Shown here piece after piece: positions 1-11,723 of a stretch of 64,000 bases of DNA; position 1 is the stretch's first letter, and each line of letters begins with the position of its first letter. This DNA is from Pseudomonadota bacterium (lineage in GTDB: Bacteria; Pseudomonadota; Alphaproteobacteria; Micavibrionales; UBA1664). The stretch lies in assembly GCA_009926935.1 (NCBI GenBank), contig RFNZ01000001.1, forward strand, positions 192,556 to 256,555, given 5' to 3'. Under the pieces are notes generated by a model. The model worked only from the letters and a program-made list of their open reading frames with translations, ran no database searches and was not told the DNA's origin. The position numbers and the translations under genes are program-made.

Positions 1-709
1 GATCTGTTGTGATTGCAAAGATAGCCGGCACGCTATCGAGTGCAAATATCAGATCCACGATCTCTATCATCAGCAGCGCTACCATAAGCGGCGTCATGTA
101 GACCGCGTATTTGCCCGTGTTTTTGTCGAGCAACCGGACAAAAAACTTATTGCCGTGCAGCTCATCCTCGATACGCAGATGCTTTCGCAAAAATTTGAGG
201 ATGGGGTTTTGGTCCATTTGCATGGGTTTATCGCCCATCAAGAGCATTTTGATACCTGTTGCCACCAGGAATGCCGCAAAGAGATACAGAACCCAGGCAA
301 ACTCAGACACAAGCGTGGCACCTGCGGCAATAACCAAACCACGCAGGATGATGACGCCCAAAATGCCCCAAAAGAGGACACGGTGCTGATAGGCTTTGGG
401 GATCGCAAAATAGGTAAAAATAAGGGAGATGATAAAGATGTTATCCATCGCGAGGGTTTTTTCGACCAGAAAGCCCGTGATGTACTCCTTACCGCTTGTG
501 GCGCCCATCTGGTACCAAACCCAGCCGCCGAAAGCGGTACCAATTGCGATGTAGAATGCGCTCATCCAAAGGCTTTCGCGCACGCCAATCTCTTTTTGTT
601 TTTTATGCAGAACGCCCAGATCCAGCACCAGCAAGAAAAGAACTATGCCTGCAAAGGCACCCCACATCCATAGCGGGGTGCCCATCACGATTTCATTTAA
701 AAAAGACAT
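1..709 (-). CDS. TerC family integral membrane protein (Alx/YkoY-like); C-terminal part lies beyond the window start
   Basis: Absent from the supplied ORF track because it runs off the window. My own minus-strand translation from the ATG at 709-707 gives MSFLNEIVMGTPLWMWGAFAGIVLFLLVLDLGVLHKKQKEIGVRESLWMSAFYIAIGTAFGGWVW... and continues open to position 1, ending ...MIEIVDLIFALDSVPAIFAITTD. It is multi-TM and carries the TerC hallmark FAxDS(V/I)PAIFA(I/V)T. A GAAAGG RBS sits just upstream of the ATG. Confidence 0.8.
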   Translation of the reverse strand, partial: MSFLNEIVMGTPLWMWGAFAGIVLFLLVLDLGVLHKKQKEIGVRESLWMSAFYIAIGTAFGGWVWYQMGATSGKEYITGFLVEKTLAMDNIFIISLIFTYFAIPKAYQHRVLFWGILGVIILRGLVIAAGATLVSEFAWVLYLFAAFLVATGIKMLLMGDKPMQMDQNPILKFLRKHLRIEDELHGNKFFVRLLDKNTGKYAVYMTPLMVALLMIEIVDLIFALDSVPAIFAITTD

Positions 710-721
710 CGATTGACCTTT

Positions 722-1021
722 CTAGTCAAAAATTTCCATGAAGCTTTCCAGCTTCGAGCGTTTCTTGTGAGGGTGGGAATGATGCGCTGAATGCACATCC
801 CTTGCGTGATGGCGGCGGTGATCATCCCGATCGTCATCATCATCCTCGTGATAGCGCGTAGCATGGCGCTGAATTTCAGGCCTTATGTCCTGCATCAGCT
901 TTTCCAGCTCGCCACGATCAAGCCATACGCCGCGGCAACGCGGGCATATATCGATCGTCACGCCATTTTTTGTACTTTCCTGCATGGCCGATGTGCAGAC
1001 GGGGCAATTGAGCGTGCTCAT
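722..1021 (-). CDS. zf-TFIIB-type zinc-ribbon protein with a His/Asp-rich C-terminal tail
   Basis: ORF track, 99 aa. CPVC...CPRCRGVWLDRGELEKL is the typical zinc-ribbon signature of this small-protein family. The tail is RYHEDDDDDRDDHRRHHARDVHSAHHSHPHKK. Its stop lies 12 nt upstream of the TerC start. Confidence 0.75.
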   Translation of the reverse strand: MSTLNCPVCTSAMQESTKNGVTIDICPRCRGVWLDRGELEKLMQDIRPEIQRHATRYHEDDDDDRDDHRRHHARDVHSAHHSHPHKKRSKLESFMEIFD

Positions 1022-1281
1022 GCGCGGCCACCGTTATTTTTCTGCATACGGGCGAGCGCCATAACCGGTACATAGCGACGCGGCTCACGGGCGTTGACGC
1101 GTACTGCCTTTTTGCCCTCTCGGAGTGTTTTGAACGCTTGGATGCGGTCTTTTATCATCAGCCTTATGCGCTTGAGCCTAAAAAGGCGCATCCAGTTTGG
1201 AGCGCGGCTTTTGTGCTCCGATTCTATCGCCAGATTGATGCTGGTGAGTTTCAGGATTAGAGAGATCAGTTTGTTTTGCAT
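1018..1281 (-). CDS. hypothetical basic 87-aa protein, first gene of the TerC operon
   Basis: ORF 1018..1293. I prefer the ATG at 1281 (MQNKLISL...) because GAGGTG lies 5-10 nt upstream. Its stop overlaps the next start as ATGA at 1018-1021. No recognised motif. Confidence 0.45.
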   Translation of the reverse strand: MQNKLISLILKLTSINLAIESEHKSRAPNWMRLFRLKRIRLMIKDRIQAFKTLREGKKAVRVNAREPRRYVPVMALARMQKNNGGRA

Positions 1282-1340
1282 TGGACACCTCAAAAAACGT
1301 TTTTACGTTTCAGGTGATACCGATGCTGTGGCCTGGATAT

Positions 1341-1382
1341 AAAAAAAGTCGGCTGCATCGGTATTACCCGATGCGGTCCGAC
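1341..1382 (-). terminator. intrinsic terminator hairpin (GUCGGaCCGCAUCGG-guaaua-CCGAUGCaGCCGAC followed by U7 on the minus-strand transcript)
   Basis: Plus strand reads A7 (1341-1347), then the stem gtcggctgcatcgg / ccgatgcggtccgac around a 6-nt loop. It lies about 100 nt downstream of the hicA stop and 60 nt upstream of the 1281 start codon. Confidence 0.7.
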
Positions 1383-1436
1383 ATCACGAGGCTACCATAG
1401 CCTTCGTCAGAGGGGCCCGGCCCCGCATTAAGTACC

Positions 1437-1465
1437 AATGTAGTACGAGTTCTGTTTCGTGTCAA
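1437..1465 (-). promoter_or_regulatory. candidate sigma70-type promoter (TTGACA-17 nt-TACATT) feeding the leader of the TerC operon
   Basis: Minus strand: TTGACA (1465-1460), 17-nt spacer, TACATT (1442-1437). Called from sequence only. Confidence 0.4.
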
Positions 1466-1482
1466 ATCTAAAAAAACACCCA

Positions 1483-1680
1483 CTAGAATGCTTTTGATAA
1501 GCCTGCGTCTTTTAAGTTGCGGTTCGCCAAATGGCGGTTTGTGGTGCCCTTATCTACTGAAAAGTTACGCTTCGTAATGGGGCTATACCAAATCTCGTGG
1601 TCACCTTTGCCAGGCCGCACGAACGTGCAGCCAGCATCCGATAGCATCTTCACTAGCTCTTTATAAAACCCTCTAGGCAC
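1483..1680 (-). CDS. hicA: HicA/YcfA-family type II toxin (mRNA interferase)
   Basis: ORF track, 65 aa: ...LSDAGCTFVRPGKGDHEIWYSPITKRNFSVDKGTTNRHLANRNLKDAGL. This matches the HicA pattern (G-x-vR-x-kGsH...LKqAGL). It overlaps the upstream gene by 8 nt. Confidence 0.75.
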   Translation of the reverse strand: MPRGFYKELVKMLSDAGCTFVRPGKGDHEIWYSPITKRNFSVDKGTTNRHLANRNLKDAGLSKAF

Positions 1681-1972
1681 TCACCTGTTCCCTTTTTAAG
1701 GGAACATACAGATTCTTATGCTGAATCGCAATGTGGGTTGCTGCGGAGTCTATGTGGTTTAGATCAAGCAATTCCGGTGCAATTGCTTCAACACGCTCGA
1801 TCAAACGCTCCCATGTGGCAGCTTCTGTAGCTAACCCTGGAATATCATCACTATAGGCAAAAAACGTTTTGCTCTCGTCATCCCATTCTGCAATGACAGA
1901 CAGAATTGGACTCTTGGCTATGGTGCGTTCTTTGACGTCCATCTCCTGATCCTCCTGGCGCATAGCTTTCAT
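1673..1972 (-). CDS. DUF1902-type (HicB-like) antitoxin partner
   Basis: ORF track, 99 aa. SVIAEWDDESKTFFAYSDDIPGLATEAATWERLIERVEAIAPELLDLN matches my recollection of the DUF1902 core (WDeEagVWvAtSDDvPGLvtEA.T.EeL...PELLelN). An AGAGGGG RBS precedes the ATG at 1972. Confidence 0.7.
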   Translation of the reverse strand: MKAMRQEDQEMDVKERTIAKSPILSVIAEWDDESKTFFAYSDDIPGLATEAATWERLIERVEAIAPELLDLNHIDSAATHIAIQHKNLYVPLKREQVSA

Positions 1973-2207
1973 TTTGCCCCTCTTACAGTTAACAACTGCT
2001 TAAGAATTATTTGCATAACAAAATACCCCTGGCTTTCTAGGGTGTATTACAGACGCACGTATATCGCTGATGGCGAATTTATAACACACGATAATGAAGA
2101 TTTACAAGGACATTGATGATGCAGACGAAGCACTTATCAACATTGGATCATGCAAGATATGTAGCGTCAACTTTTTGTTATTTGTCTGTGTTCCGAGATT
2201 TCGTAAC

Positions 2208-2236
2208 AAAAAACCCGCCTTACGGCGGGCTTTTTT
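2208..2236 (-). terminator. rrn operon terminator (bidirectional A6-GC hairpin-T6)
   Basis: aaaaaa-cccgcc-ttac-ggcggg-c-tttttt, about 90 nt downstream of the 5S 3' end. Confidence 0.8.
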
Positions 2237-2273
2237 GGTGTTGATGTCGGAACAGGTTTTGAAAATTTATATC

Positions 2274-2304
2274 TGGTCGGTGTTGCTTACCAACACCTCC
2301 CGTT
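2274..2304 (-). repeat. 31-nt hairpin repeat, copy A (downstream of 5S)
   Basis: tggtcgGtgttgcttaccaacaCctCccgtt. It matches copy B at 2572-2602 at 28/31 positions. It contains a 7-bp stem with a 5-nt loop. Confidence 0.7.
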
Positions 2305-2327
2305 TTTACTTCCAGCTGAACTTGGAT

Positions 2328-2445
2328 GATCTGGCAGCGACCTACTCTCCCGGACCTTGAGGCACAGTACCATTGGCGCAGTGACGTTTCACCATCGAGT
2401 TCGAAATGGGATCGTGTGTAGCATTCACGCAAAAACCACCAGATC
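2328..2445 (-). rRNA. rrf: 5S ribosomal RNA
   Basis: Reverse complement reads gatctggtggtttttgcg...cccatttcgaactc...gggagagtaggtcgctgccagatc, a canonical bacterial 5S with paired termini. Ends are accurate to within 3 nt. Confidence 0.9.
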
Positions 2446-2571
2446 GTCCAAATTCAACTGAAAGAAGCGAAGACCGAATACAGTCATTTTTTTATGCATA
2501 TTTATTCAAGAGTATTAAGCACGTTTATCTATTCAAAGTCTGCTTTGTTTCCTAGTGCTGAGTTATTGAGT

Positions 2572-2602
2572 TGGTCGATGTTGCTTACCAACATCTTCCG
2601 TT
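2572..2602 (-). repeat. 31-nt hairpin repeat, copy B (23S-5S spacer)
   Basis: tggtcgAtgttgcttaccaacaTctTccgtt. The G/C to A/T change relative to copy A falls at two positions that pair with each other. Confidence 0.7.
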
Positions 2603-2664
2603 CAATACTTTTCAAACACGGTTTAGCCGTGCAGGGCTTGACCCTGTACGCCATTCCTATTGGA

Positions 2665-5466
<2,802 letters not shown>

Positions 5467-5783
5467 ATTAATCCGGAATGACGCACAGAGCCAAGCCCTC
5501 TTGTAAAGCCTTGGATGATTTGCGCCAAACCATGTTTGTTTGTTGAATTCACTAGAAAATTTCAGCAGAAATTGAATAAATGAGATGCAAAATACCACGT
5601 TTATTACTGTTTCATGTTTGTGAACATGAAACCGGAACTACCATGAATGTATTCTTAATCTTCACTTACTTTCAAAACCTATTCACGATGTATCAAGAAC
5701 CACTGACTTCAAGAAGTCAGGATAAAGTCGTCATGTAACGACTTGATTCTGATTTCTTTTTGTTAGCATTTCGGCTTAGCAAA

Positions 5784-5859
5784 TGGTGGAGACGAAGAGG
5801 ATCGAACTCTCGACCTCCTGAATGCAAATCAGGCGCTCTCCCAGCTGAGCTACGTCCCC
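5784..5859 (-). tRNA. tRNA-Ala (anticodon UGC)
   Basis: Reverse complement: GGGGACGTAGCTCAGCTGGGAGAGCGCCTGATTTGCATTCAGGAGGTCGAGAGTTCGATCCTCTTCGTCTCCACCA. It has a G3:U70 pair and an encoded CCA. Confidence 0.95.
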
Positions 5860-5875
5860 ATTCTTAGTCAAGTAA

Positions 5876-5952
5876 TGGTGGGCCAGGCAAGATTTGAACT
5901 TGCGACCCCACCGTTATCAACGGTGTGCTCTAACCAGCTGAGCTACTAGCCC
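5876..5952 (-). tRNA. tRNA-Ile (anticodon GAU)
   Basis: Reverse complement: GGGCTAGTAGCTCAGCTGGTTAGAGCACACCGTTGATAACGGTGGGGTCGCAAGTTCAAATCTTGCCTGGCCCACCA. Confidence 0.95.
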
Positions 5953-6029
5953 GCACTAAACCGAATATCAAAGAGATACGAAGACAGCAGCCCGATTTAC
6001 CCGAAGGTAAACGCTCCCCGACTTCCTTA

Positions 6030-7513
<1,484 letters not shown>

Positions 7514-7818
7514 AGAATATGACCTGACCATATCACTGGCATCTTGTTCCGAAGAACAAGTGCAATTGATGGTCGTCAATATATAAAATTGATGAGACCT
7601 GCATGTATTTGCGTACTTATAAAAGATACTCAAAACAGCAAGTCCATCGTTAAGTGCCGTGAAGACAACCCTATCATGCGAACATGACAAAGTACGGACC
7701 GCTGCCTGCGTATCTCTTTGATATCTAAACCACGATGTTCAAAAACCGCGCCCGACGCGGCACCTTTGCTTTCGCTAGATGCCTTCGGGCAAACCAAAAA
7801 ACCTAATGGAGTAACCGC

Positions 7819-7847
7819 ACCATAGTTAAAAACTACTTAACGGTCAA
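7819..7847 (-). promoter_or_regulatory. candidate rrn P2 promoter (TTGACC-17 nt-TATGGT)
   Basis: Minus strand: TTGACC (7847-7842), 17-nt spacer, TATGGT (7824-7819). It lies about 100 nt downstream of P1. Confidence 0.35.
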
Positions 7848-7924
7848 GTTCCGATTGGTGTCTCTTTCGAGACCGGCGCTGGACACTCCCTGTAACGGGC
7901 ACGCAATCGCCTTCGGTGTCGCGC

Positions 7925-7980
7925 TTTATACATAGAGTGATTCCGGGTGTCAAATATCTTTTTAAACATTTTTTTACTTT
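7925..7980 (-). promoter_or_regulatory. rrn P1 promoter with A/T-rich UP-like element (TTGACA-17 nt-TATAAA)
   Basis: Minus strand: aaagtaaaaaaatgtttaaaaagatat-TTGACA(7953-7948)-cccggaatcactctatg-TATAAA(7930-7925). Near-consensus hexamers with optimal spacing, about 410 nt upstream of mature 16S. Confidence 0.6.
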
Positions 7981-8015
7981 TTTGAGCGGTTAGCGCGAAA
8001 CATCGTTTCGCGCGC

Positions 8016-8450
8016 TTACAAAAGCCCCAAGTTACGTAGCTCGACTGCCATGTCTTCTGGCGGCTCCGAGTCGTTTGAAACCCTCAGGATGCCTATATCT
8101 TTCGGCGATTTTTGTTTTTCAAGATAACGCCAGCCCTGCACAGCACGCTGCGCGGTTGGCAAGACGCGAATAATTTTTGGGTCCAGCAAAATCTGGCAAC
8201 ATCTTTGCCCGTCCTGATCCTTGATTGTTTCGACGTCGAGAATCGGCTGGCGCGCCTGAATGATATTCTTGACGATCCAGTATACCGAACCGCCATCCAG
8301 CAATTCACCCGCACGTTTCGGGGTGTTGCGGGTTGTCAGGACCATCACCTCACCCCATGACTTATGGCGGCGCAGGCGGAAGTGGGTCTGCACGGCCTGA
8401 AGCTCCGTTAAATCTTTGATTCCTGCGGCTGTGCGCAAAAGGTGGACCAT
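8016..8450 (-). CDS. DUF1489 family protein
   Basis: ORF 8016..8522. The likely start is MVHLLRTAAGIKDL (ATG at 8450). GGSVYWIVKNIIQARQPIL...DGQRCCQILLDP...VQGWRYL matches the DUF1489 pattern as I remember it. Confidence 0.75.
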   Translation of the reverse strand: MVHLLRTAAGIKDLTELQAVQTHFRLRRHKSWGEVMVLTTRNTPKRAGELLDGGSVYWIVKNIIQARQPILDVETIKDQDGQRCCQILLDPKIIRVLPTAQRAVQGWRYLEKQKSPKDIGILRVSNDSEPPEDMAVELRNLGLL

Positions 8451-10974
8451 CCCAATCTCTCTCTTTATCCGTGTATGCATTTGCCCATATACTTGTACCT
8501 CAATCTGGGGGTACCGAGCCATTTTCAGGCGTTTTTTATTTAATCTCCTTTGTTATGTGGCGGCCATTTTACTGGCCGTCAACCCTGCTGACGTCCGGGC
8601 GCAAAACTTGGACGATAGCCCGGATGCCGCTGTCTCGGATGACCTTAGCCTTGAAGCCCTTGAAGCCACGCTGCCGCAGCATCTGCGAACACCGTTGCCT
8701 ATCAAGCCCCAGAAAACGGCTAATAGCGATGCCTTGGACGTTGCCGCCGGCAGCATGGACGAGGCGCGTGATGAAGCCTCGACCATCGAGGCATTTTACC
8801 GCAAAGCCACGGATAACGAGGCGCTTTCACAGTTCGGTTACGGTTTTTTTGGATCGCTGGATAACATGAACGCCCCTGCGGCAGGCACTGTGCAGGATGA
8901 TTACATACTTGGTGCAGGCGACCGCATTACCCTTTCGTTTCTTGGGGAGCGCAAGGATAAAAACACCTACACGATCGATCAAAGCGGCAGTCTTTCCGCA
9001 GAATTGCTACCGCCGTTTGCGGCATCAGGAAAAACTTTGGGTGACTTGCGGCGCGACATCCGTTCCATGCTGGATTTGCAGGCATACCATGGTGATGTGT
9101 TTGTATCGCTTGAAAGCGTGCGGCAGCTTGGCGTGCTTGTTGCCGGACATGTTGAAAAACCGGGCAGGCAGTCCGTTACGCCTTTGCAGACCGTGCTTGA
9201 AGCGATTGAAAACGCCGGTGGTGTTTTAAAAACGGGCAGCCTAAGACAAATCAAACTGGTGAGGGCCGGCAAGACCATCCCTGTTGATCTTTACGAAGTC
9301 ATCGGCAGCAAGGAGATGAGCATTGCCCTACCCACATTGCGCGACGGCGACAGGATTATCGTGCCGCCGCTCGGGCCCACCATTGCCGTTACGGGCGATG
9401 TGCGCCAGCCCGCCATTTATGAGCTGGGTGCTGACGGTATGATGCCCGTACATGCCGCAATTACACTTGCCGGCGGATTTTTATCGGACGGGCAAAACCG
9501 CGTTGCCATCATGACACCGCAAAGTGATGGGCGCCGGACAACACAGATGATCAGCGCGACATCATCGGCCACTATTGGCGACGGCGCCATACTAGCCATC
9601 GGTCGGACGGATGACCGTATGGCAGGGTCATTTATTCTGCAGGGTGAAACGCGCAGTGCGGGTACTTATCCTCTTTCACAGTACCCCAAGCTTTCAAAAC
9701 TTTTGCGCCGTGCCGAAACTTTTGGCGACGATGTCTATCCTTTGATGGCGGTTATCAGCCGCCGTGGTGCCGGTACGCTTGCGCGTGAGCTCGTCGCTTT
9801 CTCGCCACAAGATATTTACACAGGTGTTGGAGATATGACGATTGCCGATGGCGATGTCGTCCATCTTTTCTCGCGCGCCGATATTCATGAGGTCTTACAA
9901 AAAAAATCAGATGGCGAGATCGATCCGCTGATAGCTACCTTTATCCGTGAACATGCCGTCAGCATACAGGGTGCTGTAAGACTTCCGGGACTTTGGCCTG
10001 TTGCAGGCACGGTTGCCGCCGCCAAGCTACTGGATGTTGCTGGCGGGCCTTTGCGCGACGCCGATCTCACCCGCGCTGAAATCAGCCGCAATGATGTGGG
10101 GCTGATTGAGGCATCGCTCTCATCCGTATCGCGGCGGGATGTTGTCAATTTATCGGAAGCCGGTGCTGAGGGTGTAACGGTGGGTGCGGGTGATGCCGTG
10201 CGCATACCGGACCGGTTTGAAGCCGTAACGCGCCAGACAGTGACCCTGTTCGGCGAAGTGCGTACACCCGGCACTTATGACCTGATGCGCGGAGATACGC
10301 TACTGAGCCTGATTGACCGCGCAGGCGGCCTTACGGATGAAGCCTACCCGCTTGGAACCGTTTTCTCACGCGCGGCCGAACGCCGCCGCGAGAAGGAAAA
10401 ATTTGCGAGCGCCGCCCGTGACCTTGAGCGCGCAATTGCACTTGCGGCGCAGGGCGAGGACGGCAAGGTTGATATGGCGCAAATCTCGCTTGCCAAGGAA
10501 CTTGCGGACGAGCTGAAAACCATTGAACCCGTGGGCCGGATTACGGTTGAGGGCGACCCTGCCGTTTTGCGGCGCGATCCTGCGCAGGATATTCTACTTG
10601 AGGCAGGTGATAAGATTTATGTACCGAAGCGCCCCTTGAACGTGCGCGTGACGGGCGAGGTGCTTTCACCCGCCGCGCTGCAATTCAAGGCCGATAAAAA
10701 AACTGATGATTACATTGCCGAAGCCGGCGGCATGACCCTGCACGCCGATACGGGCCGTATGTTTGTGCTTTACCCGAATGGCGCGGCGCAGCCTTTGTCC
10801 GCCAGCCAGTGGACACGGATCAAACCTGTCATGATTACGCCAGGCTCCACCATTGTTGTACCGCGCGATCCGAAGCCGTTTGATTTTATCGAGAGCGCAA
10901 AAGACATTACACAAATTCTATCCAACCTTGCGATTACCGGCATTTATGCCGAGGACCTTGTGGACCGCAATTAA
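8416..10974 (+). CDS. polysaccharide export protein, Wza/KpsD-like with several SLBB repeats (up to 852 aa; true start uncertain)
   Basis: Contains a Poly_export-like segment (DDYILGAGDRITLSFLGE...IDQSGSLSAELLPPFAASGKTLGDLRRDI) followed by repeated SLBB-like units (e.g. PGRQSVTPLQTVLEAIENAGG, PGTYDLMRGDTLLSLIDRAGG, DDYIAEAGG). The signal-like segment LLCYVAAILLAVNPADVRAQ begins near 8540 and has no in-frame ATG just before it. Confidence 0.8.
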   Translation: MIPAAVRKRWTIPISLFIRVCICPYTCTSIWGYRAIFRRFLFNLLCYVAAILLAVNPADVRAQNLDDSPDAAVSDDLSLEALEATLPQHLRTPLPIKPQKTANSDALDVAAGSMDEARDEASTIEAFYRKATDNEALSQFGYGFFGSLDNMNAPAAGTVQDDYILGAGDRITLSFLGERKDKNTYTIDQSGSLSAELLPPFAASGKTLGDLRRDIRSMLDLQAYHGDVFVSLESVRQLGVLVAGHVEKPGRQSVTPLQTVLEAIENAGGVLKTGSLRQIKLVRAGKTIPVDLYEVIGSKEMSIALPTLRDGDRIIVPPLGPTIAVTGDVRQPAIYELGADGMMPVHAAITLAGGFLSDGQNRVAIMTPQSDGRRTTQMISATSSATIGDGAILAIGRTDDRMAGSFILQGETRSAGTYPLSQYPKLSKLLRRAETFGDDVYPLMAVISRRGAGTLARELVAFSPQDIYTGVGDMTIADGDVVHLFSRADIHEVLQKKSDGEIDPLIATFIREHAVSIQGAVRLPGLWPVAGTVAAAKLLDVAGGPLRDADLTRAEISRNDVGLIEASLSSVSRRDVVNLSEAGAEGVTVGAGDAVRIPDRFEAVTRQTVTLFGEVRTPGTYDLMRGDTLLSLIDRAGGLTDEAYPLGTVFSRAAERRREKEKFASAARDLERAIALAAQGEDGKVDMAQISLAKELADELKTIEPVGRITVEGDPAVLRRDPAQDILLEAGDKIYVPKRPLNVRVTGEVLSPAALQFKADKKTDDYIAEAGGMTLHADTGRMFVLYPNGAAQPLSASQWTRIKPVMITPGSTIVVPRDPKPFDFIESAKDITQILSNLAITGIYAEDLVDRN

Positions 10975-11723
10975 TGCCGCTTTTTTCAGTCATTACCATT
11001 ACCAAGGGTGATCCTGCCGGTTTTATGCGCACCAAGGCAAGTGTGGATGCCCAGACTTTCCGTGATTTTGAATTGGTTGTCATTGACGGCGACCGCGAGC
11101 CGGACCAAGGCATTTACGACGCCATGAACAAGGGCTGTGACCGCGCGCAAGGTCAGTATTTGATTTTCATGAATGGCGGAGATGCATTTGCCGCGCCGGA
11201 TGTGCTTGAGCGTGTTGCGCCTTATCTTGGTGACGGCCCTGATTTTGTATACGGCGATGCTTATGAAATGTCATCGCCTTGCGGCAATGACATGCGTTCA
11301 GCCGCCACGCAGGCTTCGTGCTTGCGCACGGGGCCGCAGTCGCGCCCCTGTTACTACAAGCCCGCGCGGCATAACATTGCACACGGGATGTTGACGCATC
11401 ATCAAGCCATGTTTTACAAGGCCGGGCCTCGGCGATACGACCTGAAATATAAAATAGCCGCCGATTATAAGTTTACGGCACATGCCGTGCAGGAGGCTAA
11501 GACCGTACAGTATGTGCCAGTGGCCGTGTGCATATTTGAAGAAGGCGGTATCTCGCAGCGGCGCGTGAAGCAAGGGCGCGACGAGCAAACCGCCATCCGC
11601 CGAGAACTTGGAATAAACGCGCCTTTTATCGATATAGTTCAGTTTGCGGCATCTGCTTTAAAAAAACTATTTCCGGTACTTTATTGGGCGTTGCGCAGCC
11701 GTTTTAGTACATCCCTTACGTAG
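10974..11723 (+). CDS. glycosyltransferase family 2
   Basis: FSVITITKGDPAGFMRTKASVDAQTFRDFELVVIDGD, followed by a D-x-D-like region. It overlaps the exporter stop by 1 nt (TAATG). Confidence 0.75.
   Translation: MPLFSVITITKGDPAGFMRTKASVDAQTFRDFELVVIDGDREPDQGIYDAMNKGCDRAQGQYLIFMNGGDAFAAPDVLERVAPYLGDGPDFVYGDAYEMSSPCGNDMRSAATQASCLRTGPQSRPCYYKPARHNIAHGMLTHHQAMFYKAGPRRYDLKYKIAADYKFTAHAVQEAKTVQYVPVAVCIFEEGGISQRRVKQGRDEQTAIRRELGINAPFIDIVQFAASALKKLFPVLYWALRSRFSTSLT

Noticed and set aside
111-741. Plus- and minus-strand track ORFs (111..389, 155..673, 238..543, 496..741) at the window start
   Set aside because: They overlap the much more convincing TerC reading frame, which is open from 709 to the window edge and has family motifs and an RBS. 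Their translations are low-complexity or Cys/Arg-rich, as expected for wrong frames and the antisense strand.
1294-1480. yybP-ykoY (Mn) riboswitch upstream of the TerC operon
   Set aside because: It was expected from the TerC context, but I could not find the conserved GGGGAGUAG, ACAUA or GAGACC cores on the minus strand. The region is kept only as an unclassified structured leader. A cmscan could still overturn this.
2094-2330. tRNA-fMet downstream of 5S, and track ORFs 2094..2360 and 2220..2432
   Set aside because: No cloverleaf or T-loop (GGTTCGAATCC-like) sequence is present. The ORFs run through the rrn terminator and 5S.
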